Part shown: positions 7,784-16,441 of the stretch, piece by piece
How the letters are laid out: each line of letters begins with the position of its first letter
How positions within the stretch are numbered: position 1 is the first letter of the stretch
From: a virus
Lineage: Duplodnaviria; Caudoviricetes
Length of the DNA: 62,441 bases
IMG/VR virus record: IMGVR_UViG_3300020579_000013
Location: 1 to 62,441 of that record
Direction: 5' to 3' (one strand)
The notes under the pieces: generated by a model
Seen by the model: only the letters and a program-made list of their open reading frames with translations
What the model was told of the DNA's origin: nothing
Databases searched by the model: none
Made by a program: the position numbers and the translations under genes

Positions 7784-10592
7784 CCTGATCTCCACTGATG
7801 CCGAGTTTCTTCAGGTCGATATCGTAGCACGACGTCCGCATGCCTTGGCTATAGGGCGCGGCGCCGCCCATCGGATCGGTGTTTCGTTCGGTAATCGCAC
7901 TAGCCTGCTGTAGGCGCTTGTAAAGCGTATCAGGAGATTCATTGCGGTTGCGGCACCATTCATTGAATTTGGCTTTGCGGATCCGTAGGCTTCTACCCTT
8001 CTCTATGATCAGGATGTCTACTGAACCTAGTTTGGGGGCATGGTTTATTTTCACTCCTTGCTTAGCACTTTTCGCCAGATCCTCAATACGCAGGGTGGTG
8101 GACTGATAGTCAAGAACCATGTTGCTGATGACGGGGCCCGGTCCTTGGTCGGCGATCATTGCTGTCTTTCCGCCTCGCAACTCGCGAAAGCGGCGCACTA
8201 GATACGATTTAAGAACCGGCAGATTGAAATCGACGAGGTTTAGCTGCTTAGCGAACATAGCTCCAGCCAGCATCGTAACGATAGCGGCGAGCCAGAACCG
8301 CTCTTCGCTCTCCACTGCTAGTTCTTTGGATAGTCCTTCAGAGAGCCGCTCTACTGTAGCGCGCGCCGTGCCGTGGTTGACGGCCAGCCACGAAGCATAA
8401 ACTTCTCCGGCACGGCCATAGTTGGCGGTACAGGTATCGAAGAAAGTTGCTTGTTGCGTATTCGCGGGACGGTCTTCCAGTATGATCTCAAAGATTCGTG
8501 CTGCGCCGGCATCAGTTCCTCGACCATATCGCTTAACGATTTCGATGATGGAGTCGTTTGCGGCGACTACTGCCAGACAATTCCAGGTCTCCACTTCGCG
8601 TAGATTCGACTGTTGTGTAAGCCGGGATTTTTCTTTGCCCTGAGTGATTTGGTATATCGTCTCGGCAAATTGTCGGAAGGTGTTCTCGCCTTTTAGATCA
8701 TCCCAATACGCGGGGAGGTCCTTTGTAAAACCCATCTTCGACGACAATGAAGCGGCGGTGTCGTTGGCTGCGTGAATTGCACTTTTCGGACTCCCCCAAA
8801 CGCTTTGCGCCAAGGATAGTGCTGTACTCTTGCCCACACCGCTTGCAGTAGACACGATCGATACGACTGCCCCAGAGTGCCCACTGAATTTCATTAATGG
8901 CGATCCGAATGCTGTTGAGAGTATCGTCATCAATTCCGGGCGACCCTGATCTGCTAGGAATTTCGTGGTGGCTTTCCATTTCGCTAGATCTCCGGCGGGG
9001 TAGTAGTGTTTGGCTATCGTCGAGCCGCCGCCCGTCGCAACCTTAATTCCGTGTTCTATACGACCATCAGGAAAATATGCAGAATCGCCATGGGCAAATC
9101 CAAGAATCTGTCCTTGCTTCTCCATCCATCCTAGATGAGTAAATGACTGTTTGACACGCGACGAAGCCTGGATTTTTTTCAGCCAGTCCATAATCATCTC
9201 CTGAAATTCTTTGAACTCGTTGGCATTCGACGTCACGATACCATTTTGGGCTAGCAGGCTGCGGAATCCTCTGGTGTCGGTCGCTTCTCCGGCACTCAGA
9301 GTTACGATAGGAGTCTTACCCGCATTCTGACATTTCAGCTCGATAGAATACTGCTCTTCGCCGACGCTCGACAAAAACTCTAAGCTAAGCAGATGCACTC
9401 CACGAATCACGGTCTTCCATTCTCGTGTCTCGCCGTCGTCAAATAGTTTCTGTATATTCCACTCTTTGGGATTGTTCCGCCAGCTATCCGGCATCGGCAC
9501 CGGAACGGCTAAGGGTAAAACAAGTTGAGTTGGCCGCAGCAGAGCTGGCTGACTAGGTTGTGGATTTTCTGCCGGCTGACGTGCTGGAACGCTGGCTGCC
9601 GGCGCAGCAGCAGGGACAGGTGGCTGGACAGCAGGATCGACGACACTGCCGCTCCACCCTGCTTCAATGGCTTGCTTAAATAGCGTAGCAATAGTGATTC
9701 GAGGGCCGCTTCCGCTTCGCCCAAAGCTCTGCCATTTTGCCTGCGCAGCTCCTTCCATGTAGTTGGGGCAGCGCCGGGACCAGGCGTCATAGAGGTCGCA
9801 GCCTTGTGCGGAGCCTTCGGTACCGTCAAAGAGGGCCATCCCAATTTCGAGCCACTTACTGTAGTCACCATATACGGCTGTATCGAGCGATGCGAGCGCA
9901 CTGGCTATATCTCGTAGCGATGGTGGCGATCGCGCAGAGAGCTCCGCATTAGCCGCAACCCCGGCGGCCAGAATACTGACAGGGGATTGCCCTGCGATTC
10001 CAGTTCGTGCCACTGGGCGACTTGGTTCCACATTTGGTAGTACGAAACAAGGTCCATCGACCAATGCGAATATCTCATGAGCGGGGGCATCTCTTGGATG
10101 CCCGGGTAGATACCAAAGTTGTGATGTAGTCGCGCAGCGCGGGTCGAGATGTCCTTCGAAGATTTCATTGAAATACTCATAGTGCGCTTTGTGCTCCTTT
10201 GGAGTTATCGGTCGGCTATAAGGTATAAAGCAACGCCAACGCTGTAGCCCACCAACCCCATGCGAGTAGGAAGTCCAAGCGACGAATCGAAATGGGGCCA
10301 ATCGTGATTCGATCTCAGCCCGGCCAATGACTCCGTCGTCAAAATCGCACACGAACCCCGTAAGAGACCCAACTGCGTCGGCTCGTCTTTCCGGTCGAAT
10401 AAAAACAGCTGGGATGAACCAGGTGGAATCCTTATCTCGCCCTCGTTCCAGTTTCCCGGCCACTGAGTATTCCGCAAAAGATAACGTTCCGGAGTAGGTA
10501 TGGGACTGACACGCCTTGACGAATTGTTCAAATGACATCTCCCGGCCCCGTGGCACAGTGTCTAGAAACCCTTTACCGAAAGAGATATGCAA
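7761..10592 (-). CDS. Primase-helicase: AEP-like primase + PriCT-2 + DUF927 helicase
   Basis: CDFDD and TSYSH; WLEIGMAL..WS..KWQSF..ITIATLF; Walker A SGVGKST; TTG start with GAGGAG. Confidence 0.85.
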   Translation of the reverse strand: MHISFGKGFLDTVPRGREMSFEQFVKACQSHTYSGTLSFAEYSVAGKLERGRDKDSTWFIPAVFIRPERRADAVGSLTGFVCDFDDGVIGRAEIESRLAPFRFVAWTSYSHGVGGLQRWRCFIPYSRPITPKEHKAHYEYFNEIFEGHLDPRCATTSQLWYLPGHPRDAPAHEIFALVDGPCFVLPNVEPSRPVARTGIAGQSPVSILAAGVAANAELSARSPPSLRDIASALASLDTAVYGDYSKWLEIGMALFDGTEGSAQGCDLYDAWSRRCPNYMEGAAQAKWQSFGRSGSGPRITIATLFKQAIEAGWSGSVVDPAVQPPVPAAAPAASVPARQPAENPQPSQPALLRPTQLVLPLAVPVPMPDSWRNNPKEWNIQKLFDDGETREWKTVIRGVHLLSLEFLSSVGEEQYSIELKCQNAGKTPIVTLSAGEATDTRGFRSLLAQNGIVTSNANEFKEFQEMIMDWLKKIQASSRVKQSFTHLGWMEKQGQILGFAHGDSAYFPDGRIEHGIKVATGGGSTIAKHYYPAGDLAKWKATTKFLADQGRPELMTILSTAFGSPLMKFSGHSGAVVSIVSTASGVGKSTALSLAQSVWGSPKSAIHAANDTAASLSSKMGFTKDLPAYWDDLKGENTFRQFAETIYQITQGKEKSRLTQQSNLREVETWNCLAVVAANDSIIEIVKRYGRGTDAGAARIFEIILEDRPANTQQATFFDTCTANYGRAGEVYASWLAVNHGTARATVERLSEGLSKELAVESEERFWLAAIVTMLAGAMFAKQLNLVDFNLPVLKSYLVRRFRELRGGKTAMIADQGPGPVISNMVLDYQSTTLRIEDLAKSAKQGVKINHAPKLGSVDILIIEKGRSLRIRKAKFNEWCRNRNESPDTLYKRLQQASAITERNTDPMGGAAPYSQGMRTSCYDIDLKKLGISGDQDDSGSGG

Positions 10593-10689
10593 CGCGAACT
10601 CCTCAAAATAAAGGGGCGCCCAGTGTACCAGCGGACCGCGGGGATGAGCGGTCTTTTGTGTGCTGGCCCACGGGAGCCCCTTCCGTCGC

Positions 10690-11787
10690 TTACTTCAGGA
10701 TCGCATCCAACATTGCGTCGAATGCATCGACCGGCTCGGGTGCGGAGGTTATCGCAGGAGCGGGGGCCGACTGAACAGCAACAACCGGGGCTGGCGAACT
10801 GCCAGGAATCTGCCCTGCGCCAGTCTTTCGCGTGCGCTTAGGTTTCTCGACGGGCAGCATCTCTGCCTCCACAGCAGTCCGAGGGGCGGCCGTGGGTGAT
10901 GCAGGACTCGCGGGGGTTGGTGCAGCCGCAGGAGCAACCTGCGTTGCTACCTGCTGAGGGGCAGCTACGCCCGTAAGGGGAGGCACCGAAGTGTTCCCAA
11001 TCACAGCAGACATTGTGCCAGCAATACCCTCGCTCGCCGGTGCAGCCTCAGCAGCCGCCCCATCGAACTCATGCGACTCTTGGAGGATACGCTTGACGTC
11101 TTCGCCCTCACGGATTTTCAGAATCGCCTTGGCCTCGTCCTCAGTGAGGAACCGAACGGCCTTAAACGTGAGCAGCGGGTGCGCCTGGGTTGTATCGAAC
11201 CCGATGCGCGTGACCACTGCGAAATAAGGAATGCCCTTCGGCGTCAGGATTTTCTTCTCGTACTCCGCGAGCCCTTTGAGCGAGCCCGCCGGGATGTGCA
11301 AGAGGAACTTGTCGCAATCAACTCCACGCTTGGCAAGGTCTGCAGGGCCAACCACAGCCAGGCGGCGGCGGTCTGCGCAGAGCTTGCCCTTCTTGCCAGA
11401 GTCAGATATCCGGCTGCCCCAGACATTGTTGGGACAGGCGGCGCAAGTAGCGCTAACGGGCTGCAGGACGTTCGCATCAGGCTTCGTGCCATCCGCGCTC
11501 CAGCAGTCCGGCTTGCCAGTGGATCCCTCCTCGAAAGCAGCTGAGTAATAGACTTTCGCGAGCGAGGGGTTAGCTTTTGCAAGTACAAACTCGAGCGACT
11601 GAACGGCATCTCCTTTATCGTCGACATAGTTCGTCTCCTCGCCTGCCTTGCGAATGCGCCACACCTTGCCGCGGTAGCTGATCGTCGGGAAGCCTTCGAC
11701 CACGCCGGTGGTCAGGTCGCCGCCCATTTTTTGACCTTGGAAAATCGCGGGCATGGCGCCCGTGATGGCTACTACTGCTGTGCTCAT
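10690..11787 (-). CDS. Putative ssDNA-binding protein with Cys cluster
   Basis: PDCWSADG.KPD, CAACP..WGS, GKLC..RRLAV; Ala/Pro-rich linker and acidic tail; lies in replication module. Confidence 0.6.
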   Translation of the reverse strand: MSTAVVAITGAMPAIFQGQKMGGDLTTGVVEGFPTISYRGKVWRIRKAGEETNYVDDKGDAVQSLEFVLAKANPSLAKVYYSAAFEEGSTGKPDCWSADGTKPDANVLQPVSATCAACPNNVWGSRISDSGKKGKLCADRRRLAVVGPADLAKRGVDCDKFLLHIPAGSLKGLAEYEKKILTPKGIPYFAVVTRIGFDTTQAHPLLTFKAVRFLTEDEAKAILKIREGEDVKRILQESHEFDGAAAEAAPASEGIAGTMSAVIGNTSVPPLTGVAAPQQVATQVAPAAAPTPASPASPTAAPRTAVEAEMLPVEKPKRTRKTGAGQIPGSSPAPVVAVQSAPAPAITSAPEPVDAFDAMLDAILK

Positions 11788-12188
11788 TTTCTCTGAACTC
11801 CTACGGTATTGATCTTGGATACTTTGACACCTGGGGGCGCCTCTTGGTTCTCGTCCAGATAGTCTTTCACGAAGGTTTTATTTGCCTTAATGTCCAGCGC
11901 TTCGTACTGGTCCGTCTCTTTCACGAACGCCATGAAGGCATCCTTGTCGGCGACGGTGGCGGAAATTTGGGTGGACTTGTAGACGGTGCCCGCGCTGCTG
12001 GCGACATTCTGTACGCCATTGGCGTCGAGGAACTCAAGAAGGGCCCCTTCGAGCTTCTCCATCGCGGCGACGATCTTGCTGCATGCTTGTTTATGCGCTT
12101 CGTCCTTTTCTTTCTTGGTGTCACGCAGCTTGATGTACATATCCGTCGCCTGCGCGGGCGACATTTTCATCTGATCAAGCAGCGGCAT
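11784..12188 (-). CDS. Conserved phage replication-module coiled-coil protein
   Basis: YIKLRD...GTVY...PPGV pattern; coupled to SSB-like gene. Confidence 0.65.
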   Translation of the reverse strand: MPLLDQMKMSPAQATDMYIKLRDTKKEKDEAHKQACSKIVAAMEKLEGALLEFLDANGVQNVASSAGTVYKSTQISATVADKDAFMAFVKETDQYEALDIKANKTFVKDYLDENQEAPPGVKVSKINTVGVQRK

Positions 12189-12405
12189 TTTTTAGCTCCT
12201 TCCGCCGAGCTTGTAGTTTCGCCACTGCGTTGTCGCCCAACTTCTCGAAGGCGTGATCACAGCGGCAACATAGCCACCCACGGAACTTGTCTGTTTTGGG
12301 GTCCCAATCTGGAATGATGGCCCCGCCATTGCAGCCGCAAACCTCGCACGCATCAGGGCACTCGCGCGTGGGTTCCTCTAGCACAAACTCAAAAATACCT
12401 TTCAT
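12175..12405 (-). CDS. Degenerate endonuclease VII-like Zn-finger protein
   Basis: CEVC..DWDP..RGWLCCRCD, with catalytic H/N positions altered. Confidence 0.6.
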   Translation of the reverse strand: MKGIFEFVLEEPTRECPDACEVCGCNGGAIIPDWDPKTDKFRGWLCCRCDHAFEKLGDNAVAKLQARRKELKNAAA

Positions 12406-12827
12406 ACAACCTCCTTACAGACCTGAACACTTCTACTTCGTGTAACCCCAAATACTCTTGCGATTTCGTAGTGCAGTTTTCCGTCTGCTCGCATCGCTTT
12501 CATTCTGACCTTGTCTTCTGAGGAAAGTTTCTTCGAAGGATGCCTATTTTTAGACATCATATCCTTCATGTTATCGCTCTGAGTTCCAAGAAACAAGTGG
12601 GTCGGCCTGACACACAGCATGATATCGCATCTATGCAGTACTTTGAGGCCAGCAGGGATCGGCCCGTAGGTCTCCGCCCACATGACTCGATGTACTTTCT
12701 CGTTTCCGGCTGCGTGCGAGCCGCGCCCGATGTGTCCGTACTTACCGTCGGTAGCACCCTCCCAGAGCCAGCACGTTTCAGTCTTCCTAACTCTCTTTAG
12801 GAGACGTTCAAGTATTGGGGTTGGCAT
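12402..12827 (-). CDS. HNH homing endonuclease with C-terminal HTH
   Basis: CWLWEG..YG, HRV, VLHRCD..CVRPTHL..GT..DN. Confidence 0.9.
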   Translation of the reverse strand: MPTPILERLLKRVRKTETCWLWEGATDGKYGHIGRGSHAAGNEKVHRVMWAETYGPIPAGLKVLHRCDIMLCVRPTHLFLGTQSDNMKDMMSKNRHPSKKLSSEDKVRMKAMRADGKLHYEIARVFGVTRSRSVQVCKEVV

Positions 12828-14346
12828 TTGCGAACATCTCTAATAAGGCGTTTTGCACGCTCTCTTTTCCTTCGAGCATTTTGTATATCTTTCGTTCCAC
12901 CGGGCAGCCGCATAAATGCACGATCAGGGTCTTGCGGATTTGTCCGGGGCGCGTGACGCGGCCGTTCGCCTGAATGTATGTGTCCAGCGAGACCGTCGGC
13001 GTCCACCACACCACCGTATTTGCCGCGGTAAGTGTAAGTCCATGAGAAAGCACGCCAGGATGAGCAACCAAAACCCTAAGAGGACCACTAGACTGGAACG
13101 CACCAAAAATGCGATTACGCTCACCCAGAGAGGACGCCCCCGTGACTGTTTCACATACTATCCCCTTCGCCGTCAGTAGTCTGGTGAGTTCCGCCGCCGC
13201 GCTTATGTGCTGGACCAGAGTAATGATTTTGCCATCAGCTTCTTCCAGCACCTCAAGCAGAGCGTCCAGGCGGGTGGAGTTGTCAAAATTAAGAACCGTT
13301 CCCGTGGTTGAATAACACCATCCGCTAGCGATTTGTAGCAGCTTTTGCATAACGACACCCGCATTAAGGGCCGAGATCTGCCCGTGCTGGTGCATATGAT
13401 GAGCCGTGTCATAGATCTTTTTGTACGCTACTTGCTGGTCGGGCGTCAATGGACAATCAACAGTCTTGTAACAAGTCTCTGGTAGCTCAGCGATTTCTTT
13501 TCTCAGATATCGGACGCCAGGCTGCATCGCCGCGTAAACCGTATCCAAAGCAGTCGGCCTGGCCACCCATCGAAACTGTGAGTATTGGGTCATAGTCAGT
13601 TCTTTGAAGTGTTTGAAGTACTTCGGTACGGCTTCGGGGCGCAAAAGTTTGATCTGAGAGTAGGCGTCGCACGGTTCGTTCGGGGTCGGAGAACCAGTGA
13701 GCCCCCATACGTACGAGCAACCCGTTACGATTTTGTTCGCAGATTTCCAGCGATCCGTCGTCCCATTTCGAAAGTACGAAAGTTCGTCGATCACGATTGC
13801 GCCGAAAGATTTGCCACATAGCTCTGCCTGTATTGTCTCGATGCCGTCATGGTTGATGATGTAGATGTCAGCGTCCCGCGCGAGCGCTTCGCGCCGTTGC
13901 TTGCGGGAGCCGTGGAGAATCTCAGTCTTGAGATGGGGGAAGTACTTGAAGATCTCTTTGTCCCAAACCTGAGACAGCGTCGACAGCGGCGCAGTCACGA
14001 GGGCATGTTTGATCACGCCTTCCTGAAGGAGAAAATCCAGCGCATAGAGCGCTGCTCGGGTCTTACCGGTTCCGATTTCGGAGAGGATGAATGCCCGAGG
14101 GTTCTGCACCATAAGCGCTGCCGTAACTTCCTGAGCCTCGAACGGAGTATCGCCACACCAGTCATAGCGAGTACGAATAGGACTGGGGATAGAAAAACCC
14201 AGATTACGACCAAGTCGAGTGGTTTCAATGGTGTGCGGGACGACAACTTTATCTCCTAGAATTTTGCAGCCGGGAATGACGTTGTACAGTGCCGGATCGA
14301 ACGGCACCGCGAAGACTTTGTGCTTGGCGCTTACTTGAACAGACAT
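12808..14346 (-). CDS. SNF2/DEAD-like helicase
   Basis: EIGTGKT, IDE, LTGSP, HGLTL, Q.NGRVTRPGQ. Confidence 0.9.
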   Translation of the reverse strand: MSVQVSAKHKVFAVPFDPALYNVIPGCKILGDKVVVPHTIETTRLGRNLGFSIPSPIRTRYDWCGDTPFEAQEVTAALMVQNPRAFILSEIGTGKTRAALYALDFLLQEGVIKHALVTAPLSTLSQVWDKEIFKYFPHLKTEILHGSRKQRREALARDADIYIINHDGIETIQAELCGKSFGAIVIDELSYFRNGTTDRWKSANKIVTGCSYVWGLTGSPTPNEPCDAYSQIKLLRPEAVPKYFKHFKELTMTQYSQFRWVARPTALDTVYAAMQPGVRYLRKEIAELPETCYKTVDCPLTPDQQVAYKKIYDTAHHMHQHGQISALNAGVVMQKLLQIASGWCYSTTGTVLNFDNSTRLDALLEVLEEADGKIITLVQHISAAAELTRLLTAKGIVCETVTGASSLGERNRIFGAFQSSGPLRVLVAHPGVLSHGLTLTAANTVVWWTPTVSLDTYIQANGRVTRPGQIRKTLIVHLCGCPVERKIYKMLEGKESVQNALLEMFANANPNT

Positions 14347-14444
14347 AGCTGGCACAGCCAAAAACCAAAGATATCCGATCCAATGGAGTACTCGTAATCC
14401 AGCATCTCACCAAAGGGGAAGTAGTCGCTCAGAGGAAAAGACAT
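14331..14444 (-). CDS. 37-aa microprotein ending QLCLFK
   Basis: Hand translation MSFPLSDYFPFGEMLDYEYSIGSDIFGFWLCQLCLFK; overlaps both neighbours. Confidence 0.6.
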   Translation of the reverse strand: MSFPLSDYFPFGEMLDYEYSIGSDIFGFWLCQLCLFK

Positions 14445-14551
14445 GCCTGCGGCCACTCGTTGACTAAGCTTCCGCCGGGGGGATCCTGCATTGTACGCCA
14501 TAAGATCTCGTATTCATCATCAGGCACGAAGTGACTCCAGAACAACCCCAC
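14429..14551 (-). CDS. Microprotein ending QACLFL
   Basis: GTG at 14551 or 14527 (GGAG RBS); fills the gap after VRR-NUC. Confidence 0.6.
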   Translation of the reverse strand: MGLFWSHFVPDDEYEILWRTMQDPPGGSLVNEWPQACLFL

Positions 14552-14856
14552 TATACGAACAGACTTATCTGTGGAATTGACCGTAACCAGTGTTCCAAGG
14601 AAACAATATCGTCTGGAGTTGAGATCTCGAATACCTTGCATCGTGAGTCCTCGATCCTTTGTGCTATTGCCCGCTGCTGCTCGGTGAGTTTTTTACCCGG
14701 TGCCTTGGTCTCAATCGCAAAAGAGCGACCATTGTGACAGCCAAGACAATCCAGGGTTCGCGCACCCATACCTGTCTGCACCGGCCAGAAATGGTAGCAG
14801 CCGTACGCATTCAGCAAGTTCTTCACTTTCACTTTTACCTTGCCTTCCGGCGTCAT
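14551..14856 (-). CDS. VRR-NUC domain nuclease, ends QISLFV
   Basis: TPEGKVK..D..G..AIETKAPG..TEQQ. Confidence 0.85.
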   Translation of the reverse strand: MTPEGKVKVKVKNLLNAYGCYHFWPVQTGMGARTLDCLGCHNGRSFAIETKAPGKKLTEQQRAIAQRIEDSRCKVFEISTPDDIVSLEHWLRSIPQISLFV

Positions 14857-15512
14857 TCGCGCGGCTTCCAGTGGACGCAGCTCGTGACCGGGCAGTAACG
14901 ACAAAGGCCAGAAGGTTTTGCGGGGAAATCCGTCGTCCGCAGAGCGCTTTCAATCTTTGCAACACGGGGGAGCAAGTCATTCCACACTCCTACTAGGTCG
15001 GCCTTTTTGATTGTGTGGGGGCTAACTTTCTTACTCTGAAGCCACACATAGGCAAGCTTGAAAGTCTCAATTTCAGGCAGATGCGTACTAAGCACAGCCG
15101 CACTGAGTTCCAGCTGTGTGAATCCAGGTTTCGGTTTGCCAGTCTTCCAATCGACAACCAGCGCCGTATCTCCTCGCACGTTAAGCAGATCAACCACGAC
15201 ACGCACGAAAACAGAAGAGTCGAAGTATTGAACTGGGGAGAAGTCTCTTGCCATGGCAAACTTGAGCTCGCCCGAAGTATCCCCAGGGAGCCCCACAAAC
15301 TTAGCTGCTGTTTTTTCCAGGTAACGATAGTTAAGAGGCAGCGGGCGTCCTTTGCAGATACGGTTATAGAGTCCTTGATGGATATCTTTTCCGTCCGCAG
15401 AAAAGCTGGAATCTTCATCTTTGAAATCCTTGGCTACGGAGATATGAAAATATTGCTTAGGGCAATTTTCGTAGCGGGTAAGAGCAGAGAAGCTCCAGGC
15501 AAACTCTTTCAC
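14853..15512 (-). CDS. PD-(D/E)XK Cas4-like exonuclease
   Basis: WSFS..CP, VD, DWKTGK, C-terminal CRYCP..C. Confidence 0.85.
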   Translation of the reverse strand: MKEFAWSFSALTRYENCPKQYFHISVAKDFKDEDSSFSADGKDIHQGLYNRICKGRPLPLNYRYLEKTAAKFVGLPGDTSGELKFAMARDFSPVQYFDSSVFVRVVVDLLNVRGDTALVVDWKTGKPKPGFTQLELSAAVLSTHLPEIETFKLAYVWLQSKKVSPHTIKKADLVGVWNDLLPRVAKIESALRTTDFPAKPSGLCRYCPVTSCVHWKPRE

Positions 15513-15652
15513 GGCATTATCGCTTCTTGGTGGCCGTTCTTGAGCCGCATGACTTCCATTTGCAACTCAAATAAAGCACTTAGTAGGTTTTGTATGTACT
15601 GCTGCTGGTCGCGGGTCCAGTCAGTGGGCGGCGGTTGCGGTATATAAATCAT
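15509..15652 (-). CDS. 47-aa hypothetical protein
   Basis: ATGA and GTGA overlaps at both ends. Confidence 0.55.
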   Translation of the reverse strand: MIYIPQPPPTDWTRDQQQYIQNLLSALFELQMEVMRLKNGHQEAIMP

Positions 15653-15918
15653 GAAAACATCCCGTCTTGCGGATCGTATTTTACGATTCGATGGGATTGG
15701 GTTTTCTTTTGTCTGCGCTTGGTGAGCTCTTTCTCTCGCTGCGCAATGACTTCCTTGATTTGTTGGTGCGTCGTTTCGAGTTTATCTACCCACTCCCCGC
15801 TGCCAACCTCGCGGTAAGAATATGCATTGATCCAGATTGGTTGCCACCACCATTGCTTTACTTGTACGCGGTATCTAGTTTCGGCACCGATAGTTTTAGT
15901 CGTGATGCGGAATTTCAA
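15649..15918 (-). CDS. Hypothetical protein ending QDGMFS
   Basis: ORF track; stop/start overlaps. Confidence 0.65.
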   Translation of the reverse strand: MKFRITTKTIGAETRYRVQVKQWWWQPIWINAYSYREVGSGEWVDKLETTHQQIKEVIAQREKELTKRRQKKTQSHRIVKYDPQDGMFS

Positions 15919-16106
15919 AATAATCCCCTCTGTTCTGGTTCGTCGACTGGTCCGTTTCCGGACACTATAGCGGCATTCACGGAAACACTGCCGAGCCAGT
16001 CTCCGCCTTTTTTGTCGTAAATCTTGTGCCCAAGCGGAGTGTGCTCTACAAACTTGCCAGTCGGAAAAATTAGAACTCGACCGTCTACGAGATATACAGT
16101 AATCAT
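15915..16106 (-). CDS. Microprotein ending QRGLF
   Basis: ATGA overlap with upstream ORF. Confidence 0.65.
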   Translation of the reverse strand: MITVYLVDGRVLIFPTGKFVEHTPLGHKIYDKKGGDWLGSVSVNAAIVSGNGPVDEPEQRGLF

Positions 16107-16441
16107 AGCATCAACATCCTTTGACAGCACTGAATGCCATGAGTACGGACGGTAGGGCCAAATAGCTGCTGGGTCAAGCGCATAAGTTTGCCTTCGAACT
16201 CCAGCTCATCGTCCGGCACGTTCTCTTCGAATTGCGGTAGTGGAGTATAGTAGGCACCGCTCATGTTCTGTGACATTTGGTTTTGATAGGCTTGACCTTG
16301 AGCCTGGCCGGCCATCAGCCCGCCGATAGCCTGGTTTGCTAAGTTGCCGTGCTGGATGGTAGGGGCCGTGCCGCCCTGCGCTAGTCCCGCCCAGCCCTGG
16401 CTGCTCTGCTGAATCGGTTTGGGCTGCCATGGAAATATCAT
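16103..16441 (-). CDS. Gln/Gly-rich hypothetical protein
   Basis: ATGA overlap with polymerase stop. Confidence 0.6.
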   Translation of the reverse strand: MIFPWQPKPIQQSSQGWAGLAQGGTAPTIQHGNLANQAIGGLMAGQAQGQAYQNQMSQNMSGAYYTPLPQFEENVPDDELEFEGKLMRLTQQLFGPTVRTHGIQCCQRMLML

